Part shown: piece by piece, positions 1 through 10,874 of the stretch
Position numbering within the stretch: the first letter of the stretch is position 1
Layout of the letters: every line of letters begins with the position of its first letter
DNA from: Vulcanimicrobiota bacterium
Lineage (GTDB): Bacteria; Vulcanimicrobiota; Vulcanimicrobiia; Vulcanimicrobiales; Vulcanimicrobiaceae
Direction: 5' to 3'
NCBI GenBank assembly: GCA_963812155.1
Contig: CAWETW010000003.1
Span: forward strand, 480,001-544,000
Length of the DNA stretch: 64,000 bases
The notes under the pieces: generated by a model
Databases searched by the model: none
What the model saw: the letters and a program-made list of their open reading frames with translations, nothing else
Told to the model about the DNA's origin: nothing
Program-made: the position numbers and the translations under genes

Positions 1-16
1 CCGGGTTCAAATACGG

Positions 17-1208
17 CTAGGCGGGCTTCATCAGAGATCCGATGGCGCTGGGGTCGATGACGGTGACCGAATTCGACCCGAAGTTACAGAGGAACATCGT
101 CGAGCCGCTGGCCGTCGAGCTAAACTGGCGTGGAAATTTGCCGACCGGAATGCGGCCTACGACGGCGTAGGACGCAGCGTCGATAACGATCACGTCTTGA
201 TTCGCCGGACGTGCCGGTCGCGAACCGGTTGCTGTTGCCGACGAGGACGTAGCGTCCGTCGGGCGTCACGCCGACCGGAACCGGAGCGGTGCCGACCGTC
301 ACCGTGGCGAGCGGCTTCACCGCTGCGCCCGAGACGAGCGCAGTCGTCGAAAACGCCAGTGCGGCGTTCGAGCCTCGAGCCGTCACCCATAACGTCGCGC
401 CGTCGGGCGTGAGCGCGGCGCGCACCGGATGGCACCCCGCCGCAACGTAGGAAACGATCGCGTGCCGCGGATCCGTCACGGCTTTCGAAACGTCGATCGT
501 CACGATCGCGCCCGCCGCCTCCTTTTCACCGGCCTCGCCGCCTTCGGGCGCGCACGTCTTTGGAAACGCGTAACGCTTGAGCGCGATTTGCACGGTGGCG
601 AACAGATACTTCCCGTCCTTTGACGGAACGAGCGCGACCGGCGCGTTCCCGATGAGGAACTCCGAAACGATCGCCTCGTGCCCGGCACCGGCGCGCATCT
701 TCTGCAGATCGACGACCGTGAGCTTTCCGCTCGACTCTTCGGCGACGAACGCGTAGCGGTCGCTCGCGTCGACCGCGGAGTACACGGCGCCGCCATCGTC
801 GCCCGGAATATCTTCGATTGCGCCGGCGAGCGGATCGCCGTTGCCCGAGAGGGCGCGCGGTACGTCGAGAAATGCGATGAAGTTGTCGTCGGGAACGACG
901 AGCGTCGAGGCGTCGTGCGTGAGCGCCATGATCGCCGGCTGGTTTTCCACCGGAATCGTGCGCGCAAACCGGTATTGCCCGTCCACGCAGCGCAACACCG
1001 CAATGCCGTTCTGCTGGCGCGGGTTCGTGGAGTTCAGCGCGACGAATACCGTTTGCTCGTCGGGCGTGGCGATCGCGGACATCGGCGCGCCCGGAACGGC
1101 GACGTCGTACATCGGCGTGTTTCCGCAGCGTTGTGCCGCCGCGCTCGCAGCCGCCTGCACGCCAAACGCCATCGCGGCGAAGAGTAATGAGATCGTCAGA
1201 AATCGCAT
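17..1208 (-). CDS. Secreted YVTN/YncE-like beta-propeller protein (one frameshift near 200)
   Basis: Signal peptide MRFLTISLLFAAMAFGVQAA; blade motifs (GNAPVALVPSKDGKYLFA, GCHPVRAALTPDGATLWV, GTAPVPVGVTPDGRYVLV). After the indel it continues QDVIVIDA..VGKFPRQFS..MKPA to a TAG at 17-19. Confidence 0.75.
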
Positions 1209-1570
1209 TCAGAATCGATTTGGTCCGACGAGAAAATAGACGTACAGCAGCGCCATGACGACGTCTGCGCCGGCGGCCGTTACGGCAATGAGGCGCTTGC
1301 GCAACGGGCTCGCGACGACCAGCGTCGCGAATGCGAGCTTCTCGATCGTGGCGCGATCATGATCGGCACGCGCGCATCGGCGTTATACGCCGCATAGACG
1401 AGCAAACCGCCGACCACCGCCAGCAAAAGACTCCAGTGACGGACGACGAGCACCGTCGTCGGATCGTTCGTCTTCATTCCGAGCACCACGCTCGAGAGCG
1501 CGCGCGGCGCAAAAAGACCGATGCCGGCGGCAGCCGTCAGAAAGCCTGTAACGATAAGGACGGCACTCAC
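1208..1570 (-). CDS. Small membrane protein, hypothetical (probable frameshift near 1350; 3' end approximate)
   Basis: ORF 1280-1570 has several hydrophobic helices and lies in line with its neighbours. Confidence 0.5.
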
Positions 1571-1631
1571 AGAAAAGGTGAGTCGCTGCTATGCGTCGCG
1601 TTCCCTGGTTCGACGTGCCGGCGGCGAGGCG

Positions 1632-2615
1632 TCACGCAGGCACCACCACGATGCGGCACGGTTCGGCGGTGTGCGCGGTCCACGCTTCCGCGATGGAGGA
1701 GAGGGCAAACGTTTTCGTCGGAACGTGGATCTTACGATCGGCGATGAGTTGCATGTAGACCGGAACCTGCCGCATGATTTCCGCAATCGACGCCGAGCCC
1801 GCACCGCTGCCGGAGATTCGGATTCGGCGGCTGCGCAAGAGCGACGCGGGGACGTGTGCCTCAGGGCCGGCCGCGGAGCCGATTTGCACGTAGGCGATGT
1901 CGGCTGCGTCCTCGCCCAAACCGCGACGAGCCAACGCGGCGAAAGCCGTTTCCGCCGCCGCTCCCCAGAGATAATCGAGCACGATGCTCGGCGCGGCACC
2001 GTCGAGTGCGTCTGCAAGGGCGGCGGCATCGCCGTCACGATCGCCCGCGAGCGCGACGCACTTTGCGCCGAGTTCCTCGGCTCGCTGCAAGGCGGCCGGG
2101 TTGCGGCCGGCGCCGACGACGCGCGTTGCGCCGAGCATTGCGGCATTCTGCACGGCGATCGAGCCGGCCATTCCGGTTACACCGAGGACGAGCACGGTGC
2201 CGAGTGCACCCATTTCGGCTGCCCGCGCATTGAGCAGCAGCCACGACGAGAGTCCGGGGTTGAGACCGGCCGCAATCTTCACGGGATCGGCGCCGGCGGG
2301 CAAACCGACGCGCATGTTTTTCGGTACGGCCATGCGCTCCGCGAACGTGCCGTAAGGCGCCTTGAGGAAGCCCGTATAGATGAGGTCGCCGGACGCGGTA
2401 CGCGCGACCGCATCCACGCCGGGGATCAGCGGCCACGAACCGGTGCTGCCGTAATGACTGCCGGTCGCGAGGGAACGCACGATCGGGTGCAGCCCTGCCG
2501 CAACGAGATCGACGAGTTCGTAGCCGTCTTCGACGGCGGGGTCCGTGAAATCGCCATATTCCGGAGTCGCGCCTGGACTATTGACGATGGCTGCCTTCAT
2601 CGTGGATATCCTCAC
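1632..2615 (-). CDS. MDR-family (quinone oxidoreductase / zinc-binding ADH-like) oxidoreductase
   Basis: MKAAIV start, PLIPGVDAV, Rossmann VLVLGVTGMAG, VLDYLWG. Confidence 0.85.
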   Translation of the reverse strand: MRISTMKAAIVNSPGATPEYGDFTDPAVEDGYELVDLVAAGLHPIVRSLATGSHYGSTGSWPLIPGVDAVARTASGDLIYTGFLKAPYGTFAERMAVPKNMRVGLPAGADPVKIAAGLNPGLSSWLLLNARAAEMGALGTVLVLGVTGMAGSIAVQNAAMLGATRVVGAGRNPAALQRAEELGAKCVALAGDRDGDAAALADALDGAAPSIVLDYLWGAAAETAFAALARRGLGEDAADIAYVQIGSAAGPEAHVPASLLRSRRIRISGSGAGSASIAEIMRQVPVYMQLIADRKIHVPTKTFALSSIAEAWTAHTAEPCRIVVVPA

Positions 2616-2695
2616 CTAGACAACGCCGGGTCCGTGTCCGAAAACGTCGCTTCCGCACCATTGCGGACATTCCGCCGCAGCGGTAGAGTGCGTCT

Positions 2696-3670
2696 ATGAA
2701 GGTTCGACGCATTGCCATCCTGCTGTATGACGGAGTCGAAACGCTCGACGTGGCCGGTCCCGCCGACGTGTTCTTCAGCGCCAACCAGCTGCTGGGCCGC
2801 CAACCGGCTCCCTACGATATCGTGGTGGCCGGCACGCGACGCGGACGCATCGTCGCGGAGTCGGGCGTGTGCTTCCATGCGGATACGGCGCTCTCCGACC
2901 GCAGATTGTTCGATACGATCATCATCCCGGGAGGCAAAGGAGTACGCGTGCATCCCAAGACGCGCGCGGCCATCGTCAAATTTTTGCGCGCTCAAGCGCC
3001 GAAGGTACGGCGGATCGCGTCGGTCTGCACCGGCATCTACGCGCTGGCGGATTCGGGCTTACTCGACGGCCGGAGCGTCACGACGCACTGGCGCCATGCG
3101 GCCGACGTGCAGCAACGCTGGCCGAAGCTGCGCGTGAGCGCCGACGCGATCTTCATCAAAGACGGAAACCTCTACACGTCCGCCGGTGTGACGGCCGGAA
3201 TCGATCTCGCGCTGGCGCTCGTCGAAGAGGATTTCGGCGCCGAACTCGCACTTGAGGTTGCGCGCGAGATCGTCGTCTACCTCAAGCGGTCGGGCGGCCA
3301 GCTCCAATACTCGCAGCCGCTCGTCGCGCAGACGAAGGCGAAGGCACGCTTCGGCGATTTGGCGGAGTGGATTCGCGGCAATCTCCAGACGGATCTGACC
3401 GTCGAGATGCTGGCCGAGCGCGCGAATCTGAGCCCGAGACACTTCGCACGCAAGTTCAAAGCCACGTTCGCGCTGACTCCGGCGGACTTCGTCGAGGAAC
3501 TGCGCTTGGACGAGGCGCGCTGGCTGCTGGTGAACGGCGACGACGCTATGGGCGATCTTGCTCAGACGGTTGGGTACGCCGGCGACGATACGTTCCGGCG
3601 CGCGTTCGAACGCCGCTACGGAGTCGCTCCGACCGAATACCGGCGCCGCTTTCGAACGGCCGGCGCGTGA
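2696..3670 (+). CDS. GlxA-family transcriptional regulator (DJ-1/PfpI + AraC HTH)
   Basis: ASVCTG, TTHW, TSAGVTAGIDLAL, RSGGQLQYS, and a C-terminal AraC double HTH; divergent from the oxidoreductase. Confidence 0.92.
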   Translation: MKVRRIAILLYDGVETLDVAGPADVFFSANQLLGRQPAPYDIVVAGTRRGRIVAESGVCFHADTALSDRRLFDTIIIPGGKGVRVHPKTRAAIVKFLRAQAPKVRRIASVCTGIYALADSGLLDGRSVTTHWRHAADVQQRWPKLRVSADAIFIKDGNLYTSAGVTAGIDLALALVEEDFGAELALEVAREIVVYLKRSGGQLQYSQPLVAQTKAKARFGDLAEWIRGNLQTDLTVEMLAERANLSPRHFARKFKATFALTPADFVEELRLDEARWLLVNGDDAMGDLAQTVGYAGDDTFRRAFERRYGVAPTEYRRRFRTAGA

Positions 3671-4951
3671 TGCTTTTTATTGCGGCATTGCTGTTAGCGG
3701 TTGCGTCCAACGCGCCGCCGACCGATCCGACCGGGATCTGGCAAGGCGTGATGTCGAGGGGCGGCGATCGCCTCAACGTGTCGTTCCATCTTTCCGCCGG
3801 CACTCCGCAGCGCGCGACGTTTTCCGCACCCGACCTCGGGGCGATCGACATTCCCTTGCAACGCGTCGAACTGGGGTCCGCGATTCATTGGGACCTCGTC
3901 GGCGACGCAACGACGACGGCCTTCGACGGGCACGTGGACGGCGATACGATCACCGGAACGTTTTCGGAAAACGGGCGAAATGGAACGTTTTCACTGGCGC
4001 GCGAACCCGGCGCACCCGTCGCTCCCTACGAAAAGCGCGACGTCACCTTTCAAAACGGTAACGTGCGGCTCGCCGGAACGCTGTTTTTGCCGAGCGCGCC
4101 GGGAGCTGCATCCGGCGATGATTTTCGTCCACGGTTCCGGCGACGAATCGAGGTGGGCTTCCGCGTTCTTGGCCGACTACGCCGCTCGACATGGCATCGT
4201 CGCACTGATCTACGACAAGCGCGGAGTGGGTTCGTCGAGCGGCAGTTGGCGAACCTCGACAGCAGCCGATCTGGCCGGCGATGCGCGGGCCGGCATCACG
4301 CTGCTGGCGCAAACGCCCGGCGTGGATCGCCGGCGCATCGGCGTCTTCGGCCACAGTCAAGGCGGCGAAATCGCTCCGGCAATCGCGGACGGAAATCCGC
4401 TCGTCAGTTTCGTTATCGATGCAGACGGACCGGTGGGGCCGCAGTATCTCCAGGACCTTTACCGGGTCGACACCTCCCTCGCGCAGCGCTATTCGGGGGC
4501 GCAGCTTCGCGACGCTGAACGGCTCTACGCCGAGTTCGTCGACGTCGCTCGTTCGGGAAGCTCGCACGATCGGTTGCGCGCAGACATTCGCGCAGCCGGC
4601 GACGCGCCGTGGCTCTCGGATCTGGCCATCCCCGGCGACGACAGTTGGATTTGGGCGTGGTACGCGGGCTACGGCAACTACGACAACCGTGCCGCGTGGT
4701 CGCGGGTTCGCGTACCGGTGCTGATCGTGTTTGGCGGCAAAGACGCGCTCGTGCCCGTAACGTCCAGCATCGCGCAAACCGTTGCGATATTGAAGCAGCA
4801 CGGGAATACGAACGTCACCGTTGTGGTGTTCCCGGATGCCGATCATACGCTGCACGTGCCGCCGAAGTCGCCGGAGGGTTGGCCGCATTTGCCGCATGGA
4901 TTTCCCGACGCGATCGCCGCCTTCGTCGAGTCCGGGATAGAGGCGCGTTAA
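3670..4951 (+). CDS. Secreted alpha/beta hydrolase (frameshift near 4105)
   Basis: Signal peptide; HGSG oxyanion motif, YDKRGVG, GHSQGG nucleophile elbow, GGKD and ADH catalytic Asp/His. Confidence 0.85.
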
Positions 4952-4994
4952 GGCTGGTTGGGTAGAGCGCTTTCGATCCGGGAACAAGGTGCGT

Positions 4995-5589
4995 ATGTTG
5001 AGCCCGTCGCTGGTTCGTCGTACGCACCGTGCTTTGCGCATTTGTGCTGCAACTGCAGGAAGGCTTTCGAGCGCTCGCCCGAAACGCGCAGGCTGAGGTG
5101 CGGCTCAAACCCGAGGCTCCCGCCGGCGCCCACACCATTGTCCTCAACGTCAACGGCACCGACCATACCTTGACGGTCGAGCCGCGCGTGACGCTCCTGG
5201 ACGCGCTGCGCGACCGGATCGGCTTAACCGGCACGAAGAAAGGCTGCGATCAAGGGACCTGCGGCGCGTGCACCGTGATGGTCAATGGCCGGCGCATCGA
5301 CTCATGCCTCACGCTTGCGGTGATGCACGCCCACGATCGCATCGTGACGATCGAGGGAATCGCGCCCGCCGGCACGCTCCATCCGGTGCAGCGGGCCTTC
5401 ATCACGCACGACGGCTTTCAATGCGGATTCTGCACGCCCGGGCAAGTCGTCTCCGCCGTCGCGCTACTGAGCGAAGGCAAGCATCTCGACCGCGATACGA
5501 TTCGCAACGAAATGAGCGGGAACATCTGCCGCTGCGGGTGCTATCCGCACATCGTCGACGCCGTGCTCGAGGTCGCGGGCGCGTCGTGA
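4995..5589 (+). CDS. paoA: Aldehyde oxidoreductase 2Fe-2S subunit (PaoA/YagT-like) with probable Tat signal
   Basis: GTKKGCDQGTCGACT, QCGFCTPGQ, GNICRCG. Removing one C at ~5003 gives N-terminus MLSRRWFV from ATG 4995. Confidence 0.85.
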
Positions 5590-6563
5590 ACCCATTCCAA
5601 TACGCCAAAGCCCAGAGTCCCTCGGTCGCGCTCGCGGAAATCGCGCGCGAGCCCGCGGCGCGCTACGTCGCCGGCGGCACGAACATTCTCGACCTCATGA
5701 AGATTGACGTCGAAACGCCGCCGCTGCTCGTGGACATCAATGCGCTGCCGCTGGACGCGATCGTTGCAACCGCCGATACGATCGAAATCGGTGCGCTCGC
5801 ACGCCTCAGCGACGTTGCGGCGCACCCGAGCGTTCGCCAACACCTGCCGCTGGTTGCCATCGCTCTCGAGCAAAGTGCGTCGCCGCAACTGCGCAACATG
5901 GCGACCATCGGCGGCAACTTGCTGCAGCGCACGCGGTGCCCGTATTTTCGCGACACTGCCGAGCCATGTAACAAACGCCGGCCGCACAGCGGCTGCGGCG
6001 CAATGGACGGCGAGAATCGGCGTGAAGCGGTGCTGGGTACGAGCGACTCCTGCATCGCCACCCATCCGTCCGATCTTGCGGTGGCGCTCGCCGCGCTCGA
6101 CGCGAACATCCGCGTGACCGGTCTTTCCGGCGATCGCGACATCGCGATGCACGACTTTTATCGCCTCCCCGGCGATACGCCGCATCTCGAGAATGCGCTG
6201 CAACCCGGCGAGCTGATCGTCGCCGTCTCCGTGCCGTTGCTGCCGTACGCGGCCCGATCGACCTATCTCAAGGTGCGCGACCGTGCGCAATACGATTTCG
6301 CGCTGGCGTCGGCGGCCGTCGCGCTCGACATGCGCGGCGCAACGATCGCCGAGGCTCGCGTTGCCCTGGGCGGCGTCGCGACGATACCGTGGCGCTCGAT
6401 GCAGGCCGAGAACGCGTTGCGCGGCGCGGCTGCTTCGCGGGAGACGTTCGAGCGCGCGGCCGGCGCCGCGCTCGCCGGCGCGCGCGGGCGTGGCGGAAAC
6501 GACTATAAGATTGCGCTTGCACAGCGAACGTTGGTGCGCGCCCTGGAAATCGCCGTCGCATGA
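5586..6563 (+). CDS. paoB: Aldehyde oxidoreductase FAD subunit (PaoB/YagS-like)
   Basis: AGGTNILDLMK, ASPQLRNMATIGGNLLQRTRCPYF, Cys-containing insert (CNKR..GC), KVRDRA. Confidence 0.9.
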   Translation: MNPFQYAKAQSPSVALAEIAREPAARYVAGGTNILDLMKIDVETPPLLVDINALPLDAIVATADTIEIGALARLSDVAAHPSVRQHLPLVAIALEQSASPQLRNMATIGGNLLQRTRCPYFRDTAEPCNKRRPHSGCGAMDGENRREAVLGTSDSCIATHPSDLAVALAALDANIRVTGLSGDRDIAMHDFYRLPGDTPHLENALQPGELIVAVSVPLLPYAARSTYLKVRDRAQYDFALASAAVALDMRGATIAEARVALGGVATIPWRSMQAENALRGAAASRETFERAAGAALAGARGRGGNDYKIALAQRTLVRALEIAVA

Positions 6564-8641
6564 CGCAACCGCTGATCGGCGCTCCATACGATCGCGTCGA
6601 AGGGCCGGCCAAGGTCACGGGCGAGGCGCGCTACACCGCCGATACTCCGCTTGCCGGTCTCGTCCATGCGGTCGTCGTGCCGAGCACGATTGCCGGCGGT
6701 TCGATCGTCGCGATCGACGAACGCGAGGCGCGCGCGGCGGCCGGCGTGATCGAGATCGTGACGCACCATAATGCACCGCGCGTCAATCAAGCAAAGTCGG
6801 GGGAGAACGATGCGAACCTATTTTTGTTGCAAAACGATCGCATCGAGTTCGATCGCCAACCGGTAGCGGTCGTCGTCGCGAATAGCTTCGAGGAGGCAAC
6901 CCATGCCGCGGCGCTCGTGCGCGTCGAGTATCGCACCGATCCGCCGCAGCTCGATCTCGACGTTGCGACCCGCTACGTCCCGAAAGAAATCTTCGGACGC
7001 CCGGCCACCCACCAGCGCGGCGATCCGGACCGCGCCTTCGCGGCGGCGCCGGTGCGGGTTGACAACGTCTATCGCACGCCCACGGAACACCACAATCCGA
7101 TGGAGACGCACAACACCATCGCGCAGTGGAACGGCGAGCACCTCACGCTGCACGATTCGAGCCAGTGGGCCTTCGGCGTCCGCGACCGGATGGCGGAGAT
7201 CTTCGGCATTTCGCCCGAGCTAGTACGCGTCATCGTGCCGTACGTCGGAGGCGCCTTCGGTTCGAAAGGGCGGCCGTGGTCGCACGTGGCGCTGGCCGCA
7301 ATGGCGGCAAAGCTCGTGAACCGGCCCGTCAAGTTAGTCGTGACGCGCCCGCAGATGTTCGGGTGGGTCGGTCATCGTCCGCAGACGCAGCAACACGTTG
7401 CGCTTGGCGCGCAGCGTGACGGGCAACTGCTCAGCGTGACGCACGACGTGCTCGACGAGACGAGCCTCTCCGACGAGTACGTCGAACCGTGCGGCGTCTT
7501 TAGCCGCGATCTCTATGCGGTCGAGAACTACGCCATGTCGCACCAGCTGGCGCGATTGAACATCGCCAAGCCGACATTTCAGCGCGGTCCCGGCGAAGCG
7601 ACGGGATCGTTTGCGATGGAGTCCGCGATGGACGAACTGGCGTACGAGCTGCGGCTCGATCCGCTGGACCTGCGGGTGCGGAATTACGCGGAGACGGATC
7701 CCGACACGGGACGTCCGTTCAGCAGTAACCATCTGCGCGAGTGTTACCGGCGCGCGTCGGAGCGTTTCGAGTGGGGGCGCCGCACGCCGGAGCCGCGCTC
7801 GATGCGCCGGGGACGACTGCTGCTCGGTCTCGGCATGGCGACGGCATCGCGTTCCGTTTATCGCACCGATGCCAGCGCGCGTATCGCAGCGAACCCGGAC
7901 GGCACGATCGTCGTGGCGTGCGGAACGATCGAACAGGGGTGCGGTTCGCCAACCGTGTACGCGCAGCTGGCCGCCGAAATTCTCGAGGTGCCGTTCGAGC
8001 GCGTCCGCTTCGAGTTCGGCGATACGAACCTTCCGCAAGCGCCGCTGGCCGCGGGCTCGCAAACGTCGGGCAGCGTGGGATCCGTCGTCGTCAAAGCCGC
8101 TCAGACGTTGCGCGCGCGACTCGACGCACTCGGCGGCGCAGTGCCGTCCGGCGGCCTGACGTTCGAGGTCACCGACGCACCGGACGAAGAGGAGGAGCGT
8201 TATGCGACGCAAGCGTTTGGCGCACAGTTTGCCGAGGTCGAAGTCGATCCCGATCTCGGCGAGGTTCGCGTCACGCGCTGGGTCGGCGCGTTCGACGGCG
8301 GACGCATTCTCAACGCGAAGACGGCCAACAGCCAGTTCGTCGGAGGGATCGTGTGGGGCATCAGCATGGCGCTCTTCGAAAAGACGCGTTACGATGCACG
8401 TACGGCGCGCATCATGAATGCGAACTTGGCGGAGTATCTCGTTCCGACCAATGCGGATATTCCGAGCCCCGACGTCATCGTCATCGAGGCGGACGATCCG
8501 CACGTCAATCCGGCAGGCGTGAAGGGAATCGGCGAGGTGAGCATCACCGGTGCCGCGGCCGCGGTGGCCAATGCCGTCTATCACGCAACCGGAGTGCGCG
8601 TTCGAGAGCTTCCGATTACACCGGATAAACTCTTGGCGTGA
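6560..8641 (+). CDS. paoC: Aldehyde oxidoreductase molybdopterin subunit (PaoC/YagR-like)
   Basis: KVTGEARY, HNPME, VGGAFGSKG, RGPGE, KGIGE, RELPITPDKLL. Confidence 0.92.
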   Translation: MTQPLIGAPYDRVEGPAKVTGEARYTADTPLAGLVHAVVVPSTIAGGSIVAIDEREARAAAGVIEIVTHHNAPRVNQAKSGENDANLFLLQNDRIEFDRQPVAVVVANSFEEATHAAALVRVEYRTDPPQLDLDVATRYVPKEIFGRPATHQRGDPDRAFAAAPVRVDNVYRTPTEHHNPMETHNTIAQWNGEHLTLHDSSQWAFGVRDRMAEIFGISPELVRVIVPYVGGAFGSKGRPWSHVALAAMAAKLVNRPVKLVVTRPQMFGWVGHRPQTQQHVALGAQRDGQLLSVTHDVLDETSLSDEYVEPCGVFSRDLYAVENYAMSHQLARLNIAKPTFQRGPGEATGSFAMESAMDELAYELRLDPLDLRVRNYAETDPDTGRPFSSNHLRECYRRASERFEWGRRTPEPRSMRRGRLLLGLGMATASRSVYRTDASARIAANPDGTIVVACGTIEQGCGSPTVYAQLAAEILEVPFERVRFEFGDTNLPQAPLAAGSQTSGSVGSVVVKAAQTLRARLDALGGAVPSGGLTFEVTDAPDEEEERYATQAFGAQFAEVEVDPDLGEVRVTRWVGAFDGGRILNAKTANSQFVGGIVWGISMALFEKTRYDARTARIMNANLAEYLVPTNADIPSPDVIVIEADDPHVNPAGVKGIGEVSITGAAAAVANAVYHATGVRVRELPITPDKLLA

Positions 8642-8680
8642 GGCCGTAGGAATGTGCGCGCATCTTCGGTACGACGGCCG

Positions 8681-8720
8681 AAAAGAAAAACGGGCCGCCG
8701 CAAGGCGCCCGCTTTCTTTA
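8681..8720. terminator. Probable bidirectional intrinsic terminator
   Basis: A-tract, GC stem (CGGGC/CGCC-GCAA-GGCG/CCCG), then T-rich tail, between convergent genes. Confidence 0.65.
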
Positions 8721-8735
8721 TACGGGGTGTCTCCG

Positions 8736-9053
8736 TTAATGCGGCGGAGGCGTCGCCATTTTGGCGCCCATTGACATTGCTTGCGACTTGCACATGAGTT
8801 TGACGTGATTCTTCTGCATCATCGCGGCCTTCTCGCTCGGCGTCATTCCCGCCGACTTGGCCTGCATCTGCGACTGCGTCATGTACATCTTCGTCATCAT
8901 GTTGACGCCGACGACCGAGTCGCCGGACGCGCACTTCGGCATCGCCATTGACGACATGCTGCCGCTCTGCATGCTGCCGGTCTGTGCGACCGCCGCTTGC
9001 ATACCGGCGAGCAGTAGGCCGGCCACCAGGGCCAATCCCACTAAGTTCTTCAT
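8736..9053 (-). CDS. Small secreted methionine-rich protein
   Basis: Signal peptide; GGAGG RBS upstream; 18 Met and 2 Cys in 105 aa. Confidence 0.75.
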   Translation of the reverse strand: MKNLVGLALVAGLLLAGMQAAVAQTGSMQSGSMSSMAMPKCASGDSVVGVNMMTKMYMTQSQMQAKSAGMTPSEKAAMMQKNHVKLMCKSQAMSMGAKMATPPPH

Positions 9054-9153
9054 TAAGAGACCTCCTAAAGATTACGGTGCTGGAAGCATCGGGGCTTCTA
9101 GGGCTGTAACGCCGCGGCTACGATTTTGGATGATACCGTGGTAATGCCGTACG

Positions 9154-10378
9154 CTACCGGCCCCCGGTCAGCGAGAAGACCGTTCCCGCGTTGTTCTCGC
9201 CGCCATGCGCCGTCGTGCCGTAGAGTGTGCCGTCGTAAAAGAGGAGCTTCGCCACGGGCAGCTGGCCGTCGGGCAGCGGTCCGAAGCTGTGGAGCACGGT
9301 TTCTTTGCCGTGCTGGTCGATTTTGTAGAACGTGCCGTGTCCGGTGCCGCCACCGCCGTGTGTCGTTCCGTAGAGCACGGTTCCGTTGACGAGGATCGGC
9401 GGCGACAACGGGGCGGCTCCATCGCCGTTCTCCGATCCGCGAAACGCGTGGACAATGTGATAGTCGCCCGCCGGCGTGATCGAAAAAACGACGCCGTGGT
9501 CGTGCGGACCGCCGGCCTTGGTCACGCCGTACAACATGTCGTTGAACGCCACAAGGCCGCCAGCCGGGTCGGCACCGTCCGCACCGTCGAAGCTGCGCAG
9601 AACCTTTTCGCTTCCTTTGACCGTTACCTCAAAGATCGTGCCCATGTTATGAGCGCCACCTTTTTCGGTGACGCCGTAGAGTATGCGATGGAGCTCCGCG
9701 AGGTCGCCGACCGGAGAGTTGCCGTCATCAGGAGGCCCAGCGAAGCGATAGATCACCTTTTCATCTCCGCTGCTCAGCACGGAAAACACGGTACCGAAAC
9801 CGGAACCGCCCTGTGACGTCGTTCCATAAAAACCAATATTTCCGGTGGCAATGAGCCCGCCACGCGGATGCGCTCCATCGGTACGACCGGGACTACGGCC
9901 GGCAAACGAGTACAGCGTCTTCTCCGTCCCTTCGGGCGACACAGTGTAGACGGTGCCGCATCCGCGCGTCGCACACTGGTCCGTGCCACCATAAACCGTC
10001 GTGCCGTAGAGCGGCGCCGTGTGCGGCGACAAGGTCACCCTCCGGCGCGCCGCCGTCGGGCGATCCGGAAAACCGGTAGAGCACCGTCTCGGTGCCGGTC
10101 GGTGTCACCGAGTAGACCGTGCCGCAGTTTTGACAGGAAGGGTCATCGTTCTGTCCGCCTGCCTCCGTCGTTCCGTACAGCGTTCCGTTTAGCCACACGA
10201 GTGCCGTCGTCGGACGAGCGCCGTCAGGCGAGCCGGCAAAGCTGTAGAGCGTGCGATAACCGATGCTACTGCTAAGGCCGGACGCCTTGTCCGGCAAAGA
10301 GAGCGGGGGTGCAAGACTTGAACCCCGGGCGCATCCGGATATGACGATTGCAAAAACGACAAATACAACTGCTCGCAT
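9154..10378 (-). CDS. GloVer (Gloeobacter/Verrucomicrobia)-type tandem repeat lipoprotein (frameshift near 10030)
   Basis: Lipobox ISGC; about seven repeats of LYSF.G..DGA.P...L......LYGTT..GG....GTVF. Confidence 0.85.
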
Positions 10379-10874
10379 CGAAACGTCGTTCGACTTCCGA
10401 GCGCGCAATACTGCGCGATCGCCGCCGGTTAAGCGGCGTTCGCGCCGAACAATATCCAACTTACACAGGTTATCGTCGGCGCGGGAGCAGTGCGATTAGA
10501 CCGTCTGATTGACGACGTCGGTCTCCCCGATACGGTCAATCGTGAGGCCGTACGGCCGTAGCCGAGTTGCGCTTCCCGCGATCGAGTAGAGCGGTGCAGC
10601 GTTGCCGTTAGCGTCCTTCGCACAGATGCGACACCTCCGGCATTGCTGCTTCTGCCGCGGTGGAGACGAAGATGACCCCGCGCGTGGAGGGCGACGCCGC
10701 TCGGAGTCTCCAACTTCGTCGCCAGACCGGCGCTACGAATCGGCGCGATGTTGCCACTTGACATGCGGGCCAACTACGGTCAGTGCCCATTGAAGAGGGA
10801 TGCATTGGGATCAACACGCAATGAACATGCTAAAGACATCCGTTTCTCATCCCCTCGCCCACTGGAATCGATTA

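Noticed and set aside
10460..10870. Third att site or left boundary of the older island
   Set aside because: Only short matches (GGTGGAGA, ACATGCG) with wrong spacing; boundary not supportable.
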